Shown here: piece by piece, positions 10,945 to 20,020 of the stretch | Layout: each line of letters opens with the position of its first letter | Position numbering within the stretch: position 1 is the stretch's first letter | From: an uncultured Chloroflexia bacterium | GTDB taxonomy: Bacteria; Chloroflexota; Limnocylindria; Limnocylindrales; CSP1-4 | NCBI GenBank assembly: GCA_963788685.1 | Contig: CAWBHP010000013.1 | Coordinates: forward strand, 167,012-231,011 | DNA: 64,000 nt | Direction of reading: 5' to 3' | Notes under the pieces: model-generated | Seen by the model: the letters and a program-made list of their open reading frames with translations, nothing else | What the model was told of the DNA's origin: nothing | Databases searched by the model: none | Position numbers and translations under genes: made by a program

Positions 10945-12856
10945 TCAGCCGGCGCCGGCGGCCACCGGCAGCTTCTCGATGCGGATCGCCGTGGCCTTGA
11001 ATTCGGCGGTGCCGGACTTCGGGTCGGTCGCGTCGATCGTCAGGAGGTTCGTCGCGACCTCGTCCTGGAAGTGGAGCGTCATGAACGTCAGGCCCGGTCG
11101 GAGCGACGGGTCGATCCGGATCGGCGTCTCGACCTGGCCGCGCCGGGAGATCACGCTGACCCGCTCGCCTTCGGTCAGGCCGAGCCGCTCGGCGTCCTCG
11201 GGGCTGATGTCGAGCGACTCGCCCCGCCGCAGCGGCGAGGTGTAGCCGCCGGTCTGGACGCCGGTGTTGTACGAGTCGAGCCGGCGGCCCGTCGTCAGCC
11301 GGATCGGGAAGTCGTCGTCGAGCTTGTCGACCGGCGGGTCGTGGTCGACCGCGACGAACGGCACCCGATTGCCCGGGACCGGGTCCTCCCAGAGCCGGCT
11401 GTGGAGGAACAGCTCGCCCGGGTGGTCCTCGTCGTAGCACGGCCACTGGAGCCCGCCGAGCTCCTCGAGGCGCTTGTAGGACATGCCGGCGTGGACCGGC
11501 GACAGCGCTCGGACCTCGTTCCAGGTGTCCTCGGCGGTCTGCCAGCCGAACTCCTGGCCCATCCGTCGAGCGAGCTCGGCGATGATCCACAGGTCGTCGC
11601 GGGCCTCGCCGGGCGGGTCGAGGGCCTTGCGGACGCGCTGGACGCGGCGCTCGGAGTTGGTGACCGTGCCCTCTGCCTCGGCCCAGGCGGCGGACGCGGG
11701 CAGGACGACGTCGGCGAGCTCGGCGGTCGCGGTCAGGAAGAGGTCCTGGACGACCATGAAGTCGAGGCCCTCGAGGAGGCGTCGGGCGCGAGCCTGGTCG
11801 GCCTCCGACTGGAGCGGGTTCTCGCCGATGACGTACACGGCCGTCAGGTCGCCGCGCTCCATCGCGTCGAACATGCCCGACAGGTGCCAGCCGCGCTTCG
11901 GCGGCACGGTGACGCCCCAGTGCTTGTCGAATTTCGCCCGGAGCTCGTCGTTCTCGACGTGCTGGAAACCGGGCAGCCGATCCGGGAGGGCGCCCATGTC
12001 GCCGCCGCCCTGGACGTTGTTCTGGCCACGGAGCGGGTTGACGCCGCTCCCGTAGCGACCGACATGGCCGGTGAGCAGGACGAGGTCGATCAGGGCGAGC
12101 ACGTTGTCGACGGCGTTGTGGTGCTCGGTGATGCCGAGGGTCCAGCAGATCATCGCCTTGGGAGCGGTCGCGAAGGCGTGGGCGAGCTCGCGGATCGCGT
12201 CGGCTGGGACGCCCGTCTCGCGCTCGGCGTAGTCGAGGGTGTAGCTCTCGACCTTCGCCTTGTAGGCGTCGAAGCCGTCGGTCGCGCGGTCGATGAACTC
12301 CTTGTTCTCGAGCCCCGCGGCGATGATCTCGCGGCCGATCGCGTTGGCGAGGGCAATGTCGCTGCCGACGTCGAGGCCCATCCAGACGTCGGCCCATTCG
12401 GCCGACGACGTTCGGCGCGGGTCGATCGCGTAGAGCCGGGCGCCCTTGCGGACGCCGCGGAGGAGGTGATGGAAGAAGATCGGGTGCGTCTCGCGGGCGT
12501 TGCTGCCCCACAGGACGATCAGGTCCGTCTCTTCGGCCTCACGGTATGAACTTGTGCCGCCACCGGCACCGAACACGGTCGCCAGACCGGCGACGCTTGG
12601 GGCGTGTCAGGTGCGGTTGCAGCTGTCGATGTTGTTGCTGCCCAGCACGGCCCGGCTGAACTTCTGCGCCGCGAAATTGACCTCGTTGGTCGCCTTCGAG
12701 CACGAGAAGACGCCGAAGGTCGTGGGCCCGTGGGCGGCCTTCGCCGCCTGGAAGCTGGCCACGACCTTGTCGAGTGCCTCGTCCCAGCTCGCGGGGCGCA
12801 GCGTCGGCGCCCTTCGAGTCGCGAACGAGTGGCTGGGTCAGTCGAACGTAGTTCAT
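10945..12856 (-). CDS. fdhA: formate dehydrogenase alpha subunit, molybdopterin (bis-MGD) catalytic portion. It is a selenoprotein with an in-frame UGA at 12607..12609, lacks the N-terminal Fe-S domains, and has a frameshift at about 12808.
   Basis: RLTQPLVRDSKG...SWDEALDKV...SCSKATNEVNFAAQKFSRAVLGSNNIDSCNRT-U-HAPSVAGL matches the E. coli FdhF region around Sec140. GVNPLRGQNNVQGGGDMGALPD is also present. Confidence 0.85.
12578..12594 (-). promoter_or_regulatory. SECIS-like hairpin (GUCGCC-GGUCU-GGCGAC) starting 11 nt 3' of the UGA
   Basis: It is a perfect 6-bp stem with a GGUCU apical loop, at the same position and with the same loop as the E. coli fdhF SECIS. Confidence 0.5.
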
Positions 12857-13004
12857 CGGCACGGGTGTGCCTCCTGCGGAACGACGACATACAGAGTCTA
12901 ACGCGAGGGCTGTCGTGCCTGGTGCGCCATCGCGGCGTTGCCACCTGCGCGGTTTCGAAGGGCCTAGACTCCCGATCTGCACCGAAAGCGATGGGAGGGT
13001 TCGC

Positions 13005-13428
13005 GTGGATACACCTCAGAAGCGACGCTGGATCGGGCTGATCGTCATCGTCATCGTCGCCGGCGTCGCCGCGGCCTGCGCGGGCGCACAGCGCAAGCCC
13101 CTCGGCCTCGGCCGCAGCGGTGAGCCCCGCGGCCCCATCCGCGGCGACCGGCTCGGACGTCGCTCGCACGCTCGACGGGCCGGCCGAGGCCAAGGCCGGA
13201 TCGGCGATCGTCGTGACGTGGACCGGCGAGGTCCGGAACGGCGACTACGTGACCATCGTGCCAAGCGGCGGTTCGTACAAGGCAGATGACCCGTACGTGA
13301 ACATCTACGACACCACGTCCGCCACGCTCAAGGCACCTGCGGCGGCAGGGGAGTACGAGATCTGGTGGATCGAGGGCGACACGATCGACGTAGTCCTGGC
13401 TCGTCATCCGATAACGATCACGCCATAG
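13005..13428 (+). CDS. small putative lipoprotein or secreted protein; frameshift at about 13085
   Basis: A GTG start gives VDTPQKRRWIGLIVIVIVAGVAAACAG (lipobox-like), then ...SDVARTLDGPAEAKAGSAIVVTWTGEVRNGDYVTIVPSGG... follows in the +1 frame. Confidence 0.4.
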
Positions 13429-13561
13429 CGTTTCGCCGGTAGCGTTCGGATAGCGTTCCGCTGGCGCGCTGCTGTCGATCGGGAGGGCCTGGCCCCAACT
13501 CGCGGCCGCTGGCGGTGGCGTCGAGACCCCGCAGGGGGCGGTAGTGGGCGAACGCGAACCG

Positions 13562-14500
13562 TCACATCGCCGAAACGCGCCTCGGGCTGATGATCCGCGC
13601 CACAGCGGCTACGGCATCGTCGAGGGTCTCGGGCAACCGAGTGGCTCCGATCGCATCGGATATGTCATCGGCCAACGGACCGCCGACGGCGCAGATCAGC
13701 GGCCTGGATGTTGTCCGAAGGGCCTCGGCGACGACCGCAGCCTCGGCGACGTCGGAGTCTGTGACGACCGCCACGACCGCCACGGGTGCGCCGGTCTCGC
13801 GGACGGTACGCAGCCAGCTGTCGAGCGGCACGTTGGCGCCCAGGTAGAGCACGTCGAGCCCGATGCGCCTGGCGGCGACCGCGAAGGCAAAGGCGCCGAT
13901 CTCATGTTGACCCGCCGGCGGCAGCCCGACGATCACCTTCGGGATCCGATCACTGCGCCCGGCAGCGTCGAAGAATCGCGCGAGCCTGCGCCGGACCGTT
14001 TCGCTGGCGGCGTGCTCGACGGCGACGTCGATCTCGCCAGCCGACCACGCGTCGCCGATGCCTCGCAGCGCCGGGAACACGATGTCGTCCATCGCGGACT
14101 CGAAGCGCTGGGCGGCGAAAGACTCGTCGAGGATCTGCTCCATGGCCGGCACATCGAACTGATGGGCCGCCACGAGGAACGCATCGACCGCGAGCTCAGC
14201 CGATCGCGACGACGCGCCGCGATCGTCCGAGACCGGAGCCGCGCCCGGCGCGACATCCCACCCACCCACGGCAGCGTCTGCCCCCACCGCGAGCACGTGC
14301 TCGGCGGCCTGGCTCGGGCGCCAGCCCTCGTTCTCCACAAGACGGCGCATCGCCATCAGCCGTCCAATGGATTCGTCGTCGTACAGGCGATAGCCAGCCG
14401 CGGTCCGGCTCGGCCGAACGACCCCGTAGCGACGCTCCCAGACGCGAACCGTTGGGATGGTGAGGCCGGCTCGTGCGGCCGCTTCCTTGATCGTGTACAT
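13562..14500 (-). CDS. CarH/LitR-type light-responsive MerR-family regulator with a B12 (AdoCbl)-binding domain
   Basis: The MerR helix-turn-helix is MYTIKEAAARAGLTIPTVRVWERRYGVV. The Wx9EH motif is AWSAGEIDVAVEH. The Rossmann-like B12 domain has GQHEIG...SWL...VGGP. Confidence 0.8.
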   Translation of the reverse strand: MYTIKEAAARAGLTIPTVRVWERRYGVVRPSRTAAGYRLYDDESIGRLMAMRRLVENEGWRPSQAAEHVLAVGADAAVGGWDVAPGAAPVSDDRGASSRSAELAVDAFLVAAHQFDVPAMEQILDESFAAQRFESAMDDIVFPALRGIGDAWSAGEIDVAVEHAASETVRRRLARFFDAAGRSDRIPKVIVGLPPAGQHEIGAFAFAVAARRIGLDVLYLGANVPLDSWLRTVRETGAPVAVVAVVTDSDVAEAAVVAEALRTTSRPLICAVGGPLADDISDAIGATRLPETLDDAVAAVARIISPRRVSAM

Positions 14501-14557
14501 CGCGGCGCTACGTTGCGTGGAGCGACGTGATGGCCCAGATGGGCCGGCCTGGGCGCG

Positions 14558-15388
14558 TCACGGTCGCAGCGTCCCGGCGAACACCTGCCATGCAAGCAGC
14601 GTCTTCGCGATGAGGCTGAGCACCATGTACGCCCGTTCACCGAAGACGTAGTCGCGCCATCGTCCGATTCGGCGGTACTGGAGGACCATGTTGATCGCGA
14701 AGACATTGAATGAGATGAACAGCGAGATGTAGATCGCGATCACAAAGCCCGGAATGGGGGCCGCGCCTGGCGCGGTGATCCCGGTCACCAGCGCGACCCC
14801 GATGACGATCCACGGCACGGCGCCGGCGACGCAGCCGAACACGTAGTGGAGCCACTGGACCCGTTGTCGTCCCTCATTCGCGATCTCCATGCTCCATCCG
14901 AACAGGATCATCACCGCATTCACGCCGAAGATCGCAATGAGCGTCCCGATCTCGCGGATGCCGGTCAGGCTGGCGATGACCACGATCATGACGCTCGACG
15001 AGAACGCGTACTCGATCCACCGCGCCGGATTCTGACCGCGCGCCAGGTTTCGTTCGTACCAGGCGCGGAACGGGACCGCGACCGAGAGATGGGCGAGGGC
15101 GCTAAGCAGAAAGAAGAGCGCGACCGCCGGTCCGATCGGCAGGTCGAAGAGCGGCTGCTGGGCCTCGATGAGAGTCCGAGTTGAGGGCTCGAACCTCAGA
15201 TAGCTGCTGACGACTGGGGAGCTGACGACCGGATCCTTCGCAACGCTCAGCGCCAGCATTGCCAGGAACTGGGTGCCGTGCAGGGCCGCGAGCGCCAGGT
15301 TCCATCGGGACAGGAGCGCGCCACGCCCGCTGTCGATCGGGACTGGCAGGGGGATAGGCGCCGTGATCGCGGACATCGGTATCTCCAT
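14558..15388 (-). CDS. heliorhodopsin
   Basis: RWIEYAFSSSVMIVVIASLTGI..IAIFGVNAVMILFGW and GERAYMVLSLIAKTLLAWQVFAGTLRP are near-identical to heliorhodopsin 48C12 motifs, including the retinal-binding lysine in SLIAK. Confidence 0.88.
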   Translation of the reverse strand: MEIPMSAITAPIPLPVPIDSGRGALLSRWNLALAALHGTQFLAMLALSVAKDPVVSSPVVSSYLRFEPSTRTLIEAQQPLFDLPIGPAVALFFLLSALAHLSVAVPFRAWYERNLARGQNPARWIEYAFSSSVMIVVIASLTGIREIGTLIAIFGVNAVMILFGWSMEIANEGRQRVQWLHYVFGCVAGAVPWIVIGVALVTGITAPGAAPIPGFVIAIYISLFISFNVFAINMVLQYRRIGRWRDYVFGERAYMVLSLIAKTLLAWQVFAGTLRP

Positions 15389-15409
15389 GGGCCGATTGCG
15401 AGATTCGTC

Positions 15410-15463
15410 TGTTCATGGTTTGTCGAATATATCACGGGCCAAAGATTTGACAAACCATGAACA
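15410..15463. promoter_or_regulatory. perfect 15-bp inverted repeat (TGTTCATGGTTTGTC, 24-nt spacer, GACAAACCATGAACA) in the AT-rich divergent promoter; candidate operator
   Basis: The repeat is read directly from the sequence. It lies between the heliorhodopsin start and the DUF4397 gene start. Confidence 0.5.
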
Positions 15464-15558
15464 TCGCTGCTACCTTAGGCCAACCCTCATCAAAGGGTGA
15501 ACAACAACAGGCGTCGAGGCAACAGTCCGGACGCCTCAATCCAGAAGGAGCCAGCACC

Positions 15559-16431
15559 GTGAACCGTCTTCTCGTTCGAGTCACCCGCGTCGTCGCCGGC
15601 GCCGCGTTGGTGCTCACCATCGCCGCCCCGGTGAGTGCGGCAGACACGGCACAGGTCCGTGTCCTGCATGCCTCGCCCGACGCACCGGCCGTCGACGTCT
15701 ATCTCGACGACACAATCGTCGACGCCCTGACGAACGTCCCGTTCGGGACCAGTTCGGACTACCTCGCGATCCCCGCCGGGGACCACAACGTGAAGGTCTA
15801 CGCCACCGGCACGACGAGCGCGCCCGTCATTGACGCGGACGTCACCGTCGCGACCGGCAAGAAGTACACGATCGCCGCCACCAACGCGGTTGCCGCGATC
15901 GAGGCCCAAGTGCTCGAGGACACCCCGGCGCCGGACTGCGATACCGCCCAGGTGCGGGTCGTCCACTTCAGTGCCGACGCTCCCGCGATCGACGTCGCCC
16001 CGGCCGGCGCCGCGCCCGCCGATGCGGTCGTCAAGAACCTCGCCTACCCGAACGCGTCTGACTACCTGGCACTGCCGGGTGGCACGTACGACCTCGAGGT
16101 TCGGCTGGCCGGAACGACGACGGTCGCGCTGGCCCTGCCGGGCGTCGCGATCGAGGACTGCAACGCCTACAGCGTGTTCGCGATCGGCTCCGCGGCCGGG
16201 ACCCCGGTCGGCGGAAAGGCCCTCCAGGTCGTCGCGGCCCTCGACGGCGCGGCCGAGGCCGGGCCGAAGCCGGGGCGGGGCGACCCCGCCCGCGACCGAC
16301 ACCGCCGTTTCGGGCTCAGGCCCGTCGGCGCTCAGTGCCGGTTCCGTGATCGGGTTCGTCGTCGTGGCCGTCGCCGCCATCGGCACCGTCCTTGCCCTCT
16401 CGTTCCGGCGCGCCGGGCACCGAGGGCCTAG
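15559..16431 (+). CDS. DUF4397 repeat protein with a signal peptide and a C-terminal transmembrane anchor; frameshift at about 16280, end uncertain
   Basis: The GTG start is preceded by GAAGGAG. The repeats are VRVLHASPDAPAVDVYLDD.. and VRVVHFSADAPAIDV. The anchor VIGFVVVAVAAIGTVLALSF is in the +1 frame. Confidence 0.55.
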   Translation: MNRLLVRVTRVVAGAALVLTIAAPVSAADTAQVRVLHASPDAPAVDVYLDDTIVDALTNVPFGTSSDYLAIPAGDHNVKVYATGTTSAPVIDADVTVATGKKYTIAATNAVAAIEAQVLEDTPAPDCDTAQVRVVHFSADAPAIDVAPAGAAPADAVVKNLAYPNASDYLALPGGTYDLEVRLAGTTTVALALPGVAIEDCNAYSVFAIGSAAGTPVGGKALQVVAALDGAAEAGPKPGRGDPARDRHRRFGLRPVGAQCRFRDRVRRRGRRRHRHRPCPLVPARRAPRA

Positions 16432-16643
16432 GGGACTCCCGTACTCGACCTTCCCAGCGCGAGCCGGTCGCCCCTCCGGCCGGCTCTCGCCTCCTCGGGA
16501 AGGCGACGGGTCTGGCGGTCGAGCGACCTCGCACGCTCGTCGACGAGCTGCTCGAGCTGGCGGTCGTCCCCAGCTTCTCCCGGATCGGGCCGGCCGTCCG
16601 CCGGCGGCTGTTCGGTTGGGCGGCCCGCCGCCCGAGGCTGCGC

Positions 16644-17536
16644 ATGCCGGGCGGACCGTCCTGATCACCGGGCCGACGTCCGGGCTGGGCCGCGCGGCCG
16701 CCGGCGGCTCGCCGGGCTCGGCGCGCGGGTCGTCCTCGTCGGCCGCGAGCGAGGCCGGTTGGCCGCGGTCCGCGACGAGCTCGTCGCGGCCACGGCGAGG
16801 ACCGCTTCCCGATCGTCGTGGCCGACATGGCGTCGCTCGCCTCGGTCCGGGCGGCCGTGACGCGGATCCTGGACGACCGAGCCGCGGCTCGACGTGGTCA
16901 TCGACAACGCGGGCGCGATCCTCCCGAAGCGAACCGAGGGACCCGACGGGATCGAAGCGACGTTCGCGACGATGGTCGTCGGCCCGTTCGTCCTGGTCTC
17001 CGGCCTGCTGCCGCTGCTCCGTCGGAGCGGCGGCGCCCGGGTCATCGCGGTGACATCGGGCGGGCAGTACGCCCAGCGGCTCGACCTCGACGACTTGCAG
17101 CTCGCCGGCGGGCCGTTCGACGGGACGCGTGCGTACGCCAGGTCGAAGCGCGCCCAGGTCGGCCTCGTCCGTGAGTGGGCTCGGCGGCTCGGGAGGTCCG
17201 GAGTCACGCTTCGCATCGATGCATCCCGGTTGGGCCGACACGCCCGGACTCGCGGAGGCCCTGCCGGCCTTCCACGACCTCATGCGTCCGCTGCTCCGAA
17301 CGCCCGACCAGGGCGTAGACACGCTCGTCTGGCTCGCCGCCTCAACCACGAGCCACGGGGCGAATGGCCGCCTGTACCTCGATCGTCGGCCGCGCCCGTT
17401 CGACCGAGTCCCTGCCACGCGGCTCTCCGCGACTGATCGGCGGCGCCTCTGGGACAGCGTCGTCGCCCTCAGCGGGGCGCCCGACCCGGCCCCCGACCCG
17501 GACCTCATCCCAACCAGTGACCGGAGATCGACATGA
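16644..17536 (+). CDS. short-chain dehydrogenase/reductase (SDR) family oxidoreductase; about four frameshifts; possible N-terminal extension
   Basis: Motifs include TVLITGPTSGLGRAAA, VIDNAGAILP, YARSKRAQV and MHPGWADTPGL. The stop overlaps the next ATG (ATGA). Confidence 0.6.
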
Positions 17537-17994
17537 CCACGCTCACGAACGGATCGAGACACCCTGCCCATCGACGAGGCGTTCGCCTACGTCGCCGACT
17601 TCGCCAACTCCCAGGAGTGGGACCCGGGCGTCGCCACCGCCGAACGGCTCGACCAGGGCCCGGTCGGCGTCGGGTGCGCGCTACCGGCTCGGCGTCCGGA
17701 TGGGCGGCCGGGTCGCCCCGATGGAGTACCGGATCCCGGTCTTCGAGCCGCCGACGCGGGTCGTCCTGCCGGTGCCGGGTCCGGCGTGACGGCGGTCGAC
17801 GACATCCGCTTCGAGCGCCCGGCGACGCGGGACGCGCGTCGACTACACCGCCGACATCAAGCTCGGCGGCCTCCTCGGCCTCGTCCAGCCGTTCCTCGGC
17901 GGCGCCTTCGCGCAAGCTCGGCCGGAACGCGGCCGACGGCATGCAGCGGACGCTGCGACGGCGCGCGCGGCCGGCGACCGAGGCGGACGCGTCG
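17533..17994 (+). CDS. SRPBCC (polyketide cyclase/dehydrase-like) family protein; several frameshifts
   Basis: Motifs include ETLPIDEAFAYVADFANSQEWDPGVATAERL, RYRLGVRMGGRVAPMEYRIPVFEPPTRVVL and DIKLGGLLGLVQPFLGGAF. Confidence 0.5.
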
Positions 17995-19274
17995 ATGAAG
18001 GTCGCCATCGTCGGGGCCGGCGTCAGCGGCCTGACCGCCGCGTACGCGCTGACGCGAGCCACGAGATCCGCCTGTTCGACGCGGAGCCGTCGTCGGGCGG
18101 CCACGTCAAGACGGTCGCGGTGGAGACGGCGCCGGGCCGGTCGCGGTCGACACGGGCTTCATCGTCTACAACGAGCACACCTACCCGACGTTCATCCGGC
18201 TGCTCGCCGAGCTCGGCGTCGCGACCCAGCCGAGCGACATGTCGCTCGGGTCGGCCTGCCGGGCCTGCGGCGTCGAGTTCAGCTCGCGCGGCATCGGCGG
18301 CTACTTCGCCCAGCCGACGCGCCGTCGCTCGCCCGGGCCAGTGGCGGATGATCGCCGACATCCTGCGGTTCTACCGCGAGGCCCGAGCGACGCTCGACGC
18401 ACCGGCGCCCTCGACCGGGACGCTGGGCGACTTCCTCGACGACGGCGGCTATCGGCGCGGGCTTCCGCGACCACTTCCTCGTCCCGATCACGTCCGCCGT
18501 GTGGTCGACGGGCGCGGCCCGGATCCTCGACTTCCCGATCGACTACCTGCTCCGGTTCCTGGACCACCACGGCCTCATCGGCTACGGCAACGCGCCTCCA
18601 GTGGCGGACGATCCAGGGCGGCTCGATGCGCTACGTGGACCGGATCGTCGCAGCGCCTGCCGCCTGGCACGATCCGAGCCGGCAGCCCGGTCGTCGACGT
18701 CGTCGCGCCGCGTGGCGGGCGTCACGGTCCGGACCGAGGACGGCACGCCGGAGCGCGTTCGACGCGGTGGTCATGGCCACGCATGCCGACCAGGCCCTGG
18801 CCGTCCTCCACGACGCCGACGGCTGCGAACATGCCGCGCTGGGCGGCTTCGACTACTCGACCAACCAGGTCGTCCTCCACACGGACGAGCGCGTCCTGCC
18901 ACGCCGACTCGGCGCGCCGCGCGTCGTGGAACGTGGACCAGGAGGATTGCCGCGCGGCCGGGCGAGGCGCTCACGATGACGTACCACATGAACCGGCTGC
19001 AGTCGCTGGCCGGCCCGATCGCAGTACTCCGTGTCGGTCAACCCCGGCGACCGCGTCCGACCCGACCGGGTCATCGTGGAGCGAGCCATGAGCCATCCGA
19101 TGTACACGTTCCGGACGCTCGAGGCGCAGGCGGCCCTGCGCGGCCTGCAGGGCTGGCGTCGGCACGTAGTTCGCCGGGGCGCACCTCGGCTACGGCTTCC
19201 ACGAGGACGGCTGCCGGTCCGGGTTGGAGGTCGCCGACCTCGATCCGGCCGCGGCCGCGGAGCGAGCCGCATGA
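17995..19274 (+). CDS. FAD/NAD(P)-binding amine-oxidase-like oxidoreductase (UfaD-like desaturase); many frameshifts
   Basis: Motifs include [77 protein letters not shown] and [14 protein letters not shown]. Confidence 0.6.
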
Positions 19275-20020
19275 GGTCGCACCTGCTGGAGGGCATCGTC
19301 CGCCACCGGCGCGTCCGGCCGTTCACGTACGCGCTGGAGCACGGCGTGTTCTACGTCGCGCTCGACCTCGACGAGCTCGACGAGGTGCCGCGGCGGCTTC
19401 GGTTCGTCAGCCGGAACCGCCGGAACCTGCTGTCGTTCCGCGACGACGATCACCTGGTCCCGCCGGCCGCGCGACGTGCGCGCGTCGGTCCTGCGAACAG
19501 CTGCGGGCCGAGGGCGTGGATCCCGACGGCTGGCAGGTCACGCTGGTCACGAACCTCCGGTGCCTCGGCTACGTGTTCAACCCGGCCAGCTTCTTCCTCT
19601 GCCGCGATCGCGCCGGCGAGCTGCGGGTCGTCATCGTCGAGGTCCACAACACGCACGGCGAGCGGCACCTGTACACGCTCCGCGCGCGGACGACGGCGGC
19701 CGGCGGCTTCGTCGACTCGATGGACAAGGCGTTCTACGTCTCGCCGTTCATCGAGATGGCCGGGCGCTACACGGTCCGGGTCCGCGACGAGCCGGCCGCG
19801 TCTGCGGATCACGATCAACGAAGCCCAGGACGGACGGCCTCCTGCTGCACACGAGCCTCGACCTGACCCGCCGACGCCTGTCCGACCGGATGGTCGCTGC
19901 GGATGCTCCTGCGCCACCCGCTGGTCAGCCACAGGACGATCGGGCATGATCCACTGGCACGCCCTGCGGCTGTGGCTGCGCGGGGCCCGATTCCACCGCC
20001 ATGGGGAGGCGACACGATGA
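19271..20020 (+). CDS. DUF1365 family protein (UfaO-like); several frameshifts
   Basis: Motifs include [78 protein letters not shown] and [12 protein letters not shown]. Confidence 0.6.
   Translation: MRSHLLEGIVRHRRVRPFTYALEHGVFYVALDLDELDEVPRRLRFVSRNRRNLLSFRDDDHLVPPAARRARVGPANSCGPRAWIPTAGRSRWSRTSGASATCSTRPASSSAAIAPASCGSSSSRSTTRTASGTCTRSARGRRRPAASSTRWTRRSTSRRSSRWPGATRSGSATSRPRLRITINEAQDGRPPAAHEPRPDPPTPVRPDGRCGCSCATRWSATGRSGMIHWHALRLWLRGARFHRHGEATR

Noticed and set aside
10664-12511. Very long antisense or off-frame ORFs, for example 10664..12511 (minus strand, 615 aa), 5679..7712 (plus strand, 677 aa), 15490..17571 (minus strand, 693 aa) and 24901..26595 (minus strand, 564 aa)
   Set aside because: They are rich in Arg, Pro, Gly and Ala and have low complexity, which is typical of stop-poor alternative frames in a genome with more than 70% GC. 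Each overlaps a gene with clear family motifs in another frame.
12838-12855. Additional in-frame TGA codons upstream of the Sec codon in the fdhA frame
   Set aside because: They disappear once the -1 frameshift near 12808 is applied. The RLTQPLVR frame is open, and only the TGA at 12607..12609 aligns with a conserved Sec position.
13429-13561. Three direct TAGCGTT(C) repeats at 11- to 14-bp spacing, which at first looked like CarH-type direct-repeat operators
   Set aside because: They lie between two convergent 3' ends (the lipoprotein gene and the carH-like gene), not in a promoter. The motif is short enough to occur by chance.
15457-15558. An ATG at 15457 that would be the first start of the DUF4397 ORF
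   Set aside because: It sits inside the 15-bp palindrome and lacks a ribosome-binding site. The GTG at 15559, preceded by GAAGGAG and followed directly by the signal peptide, is the more credible start.
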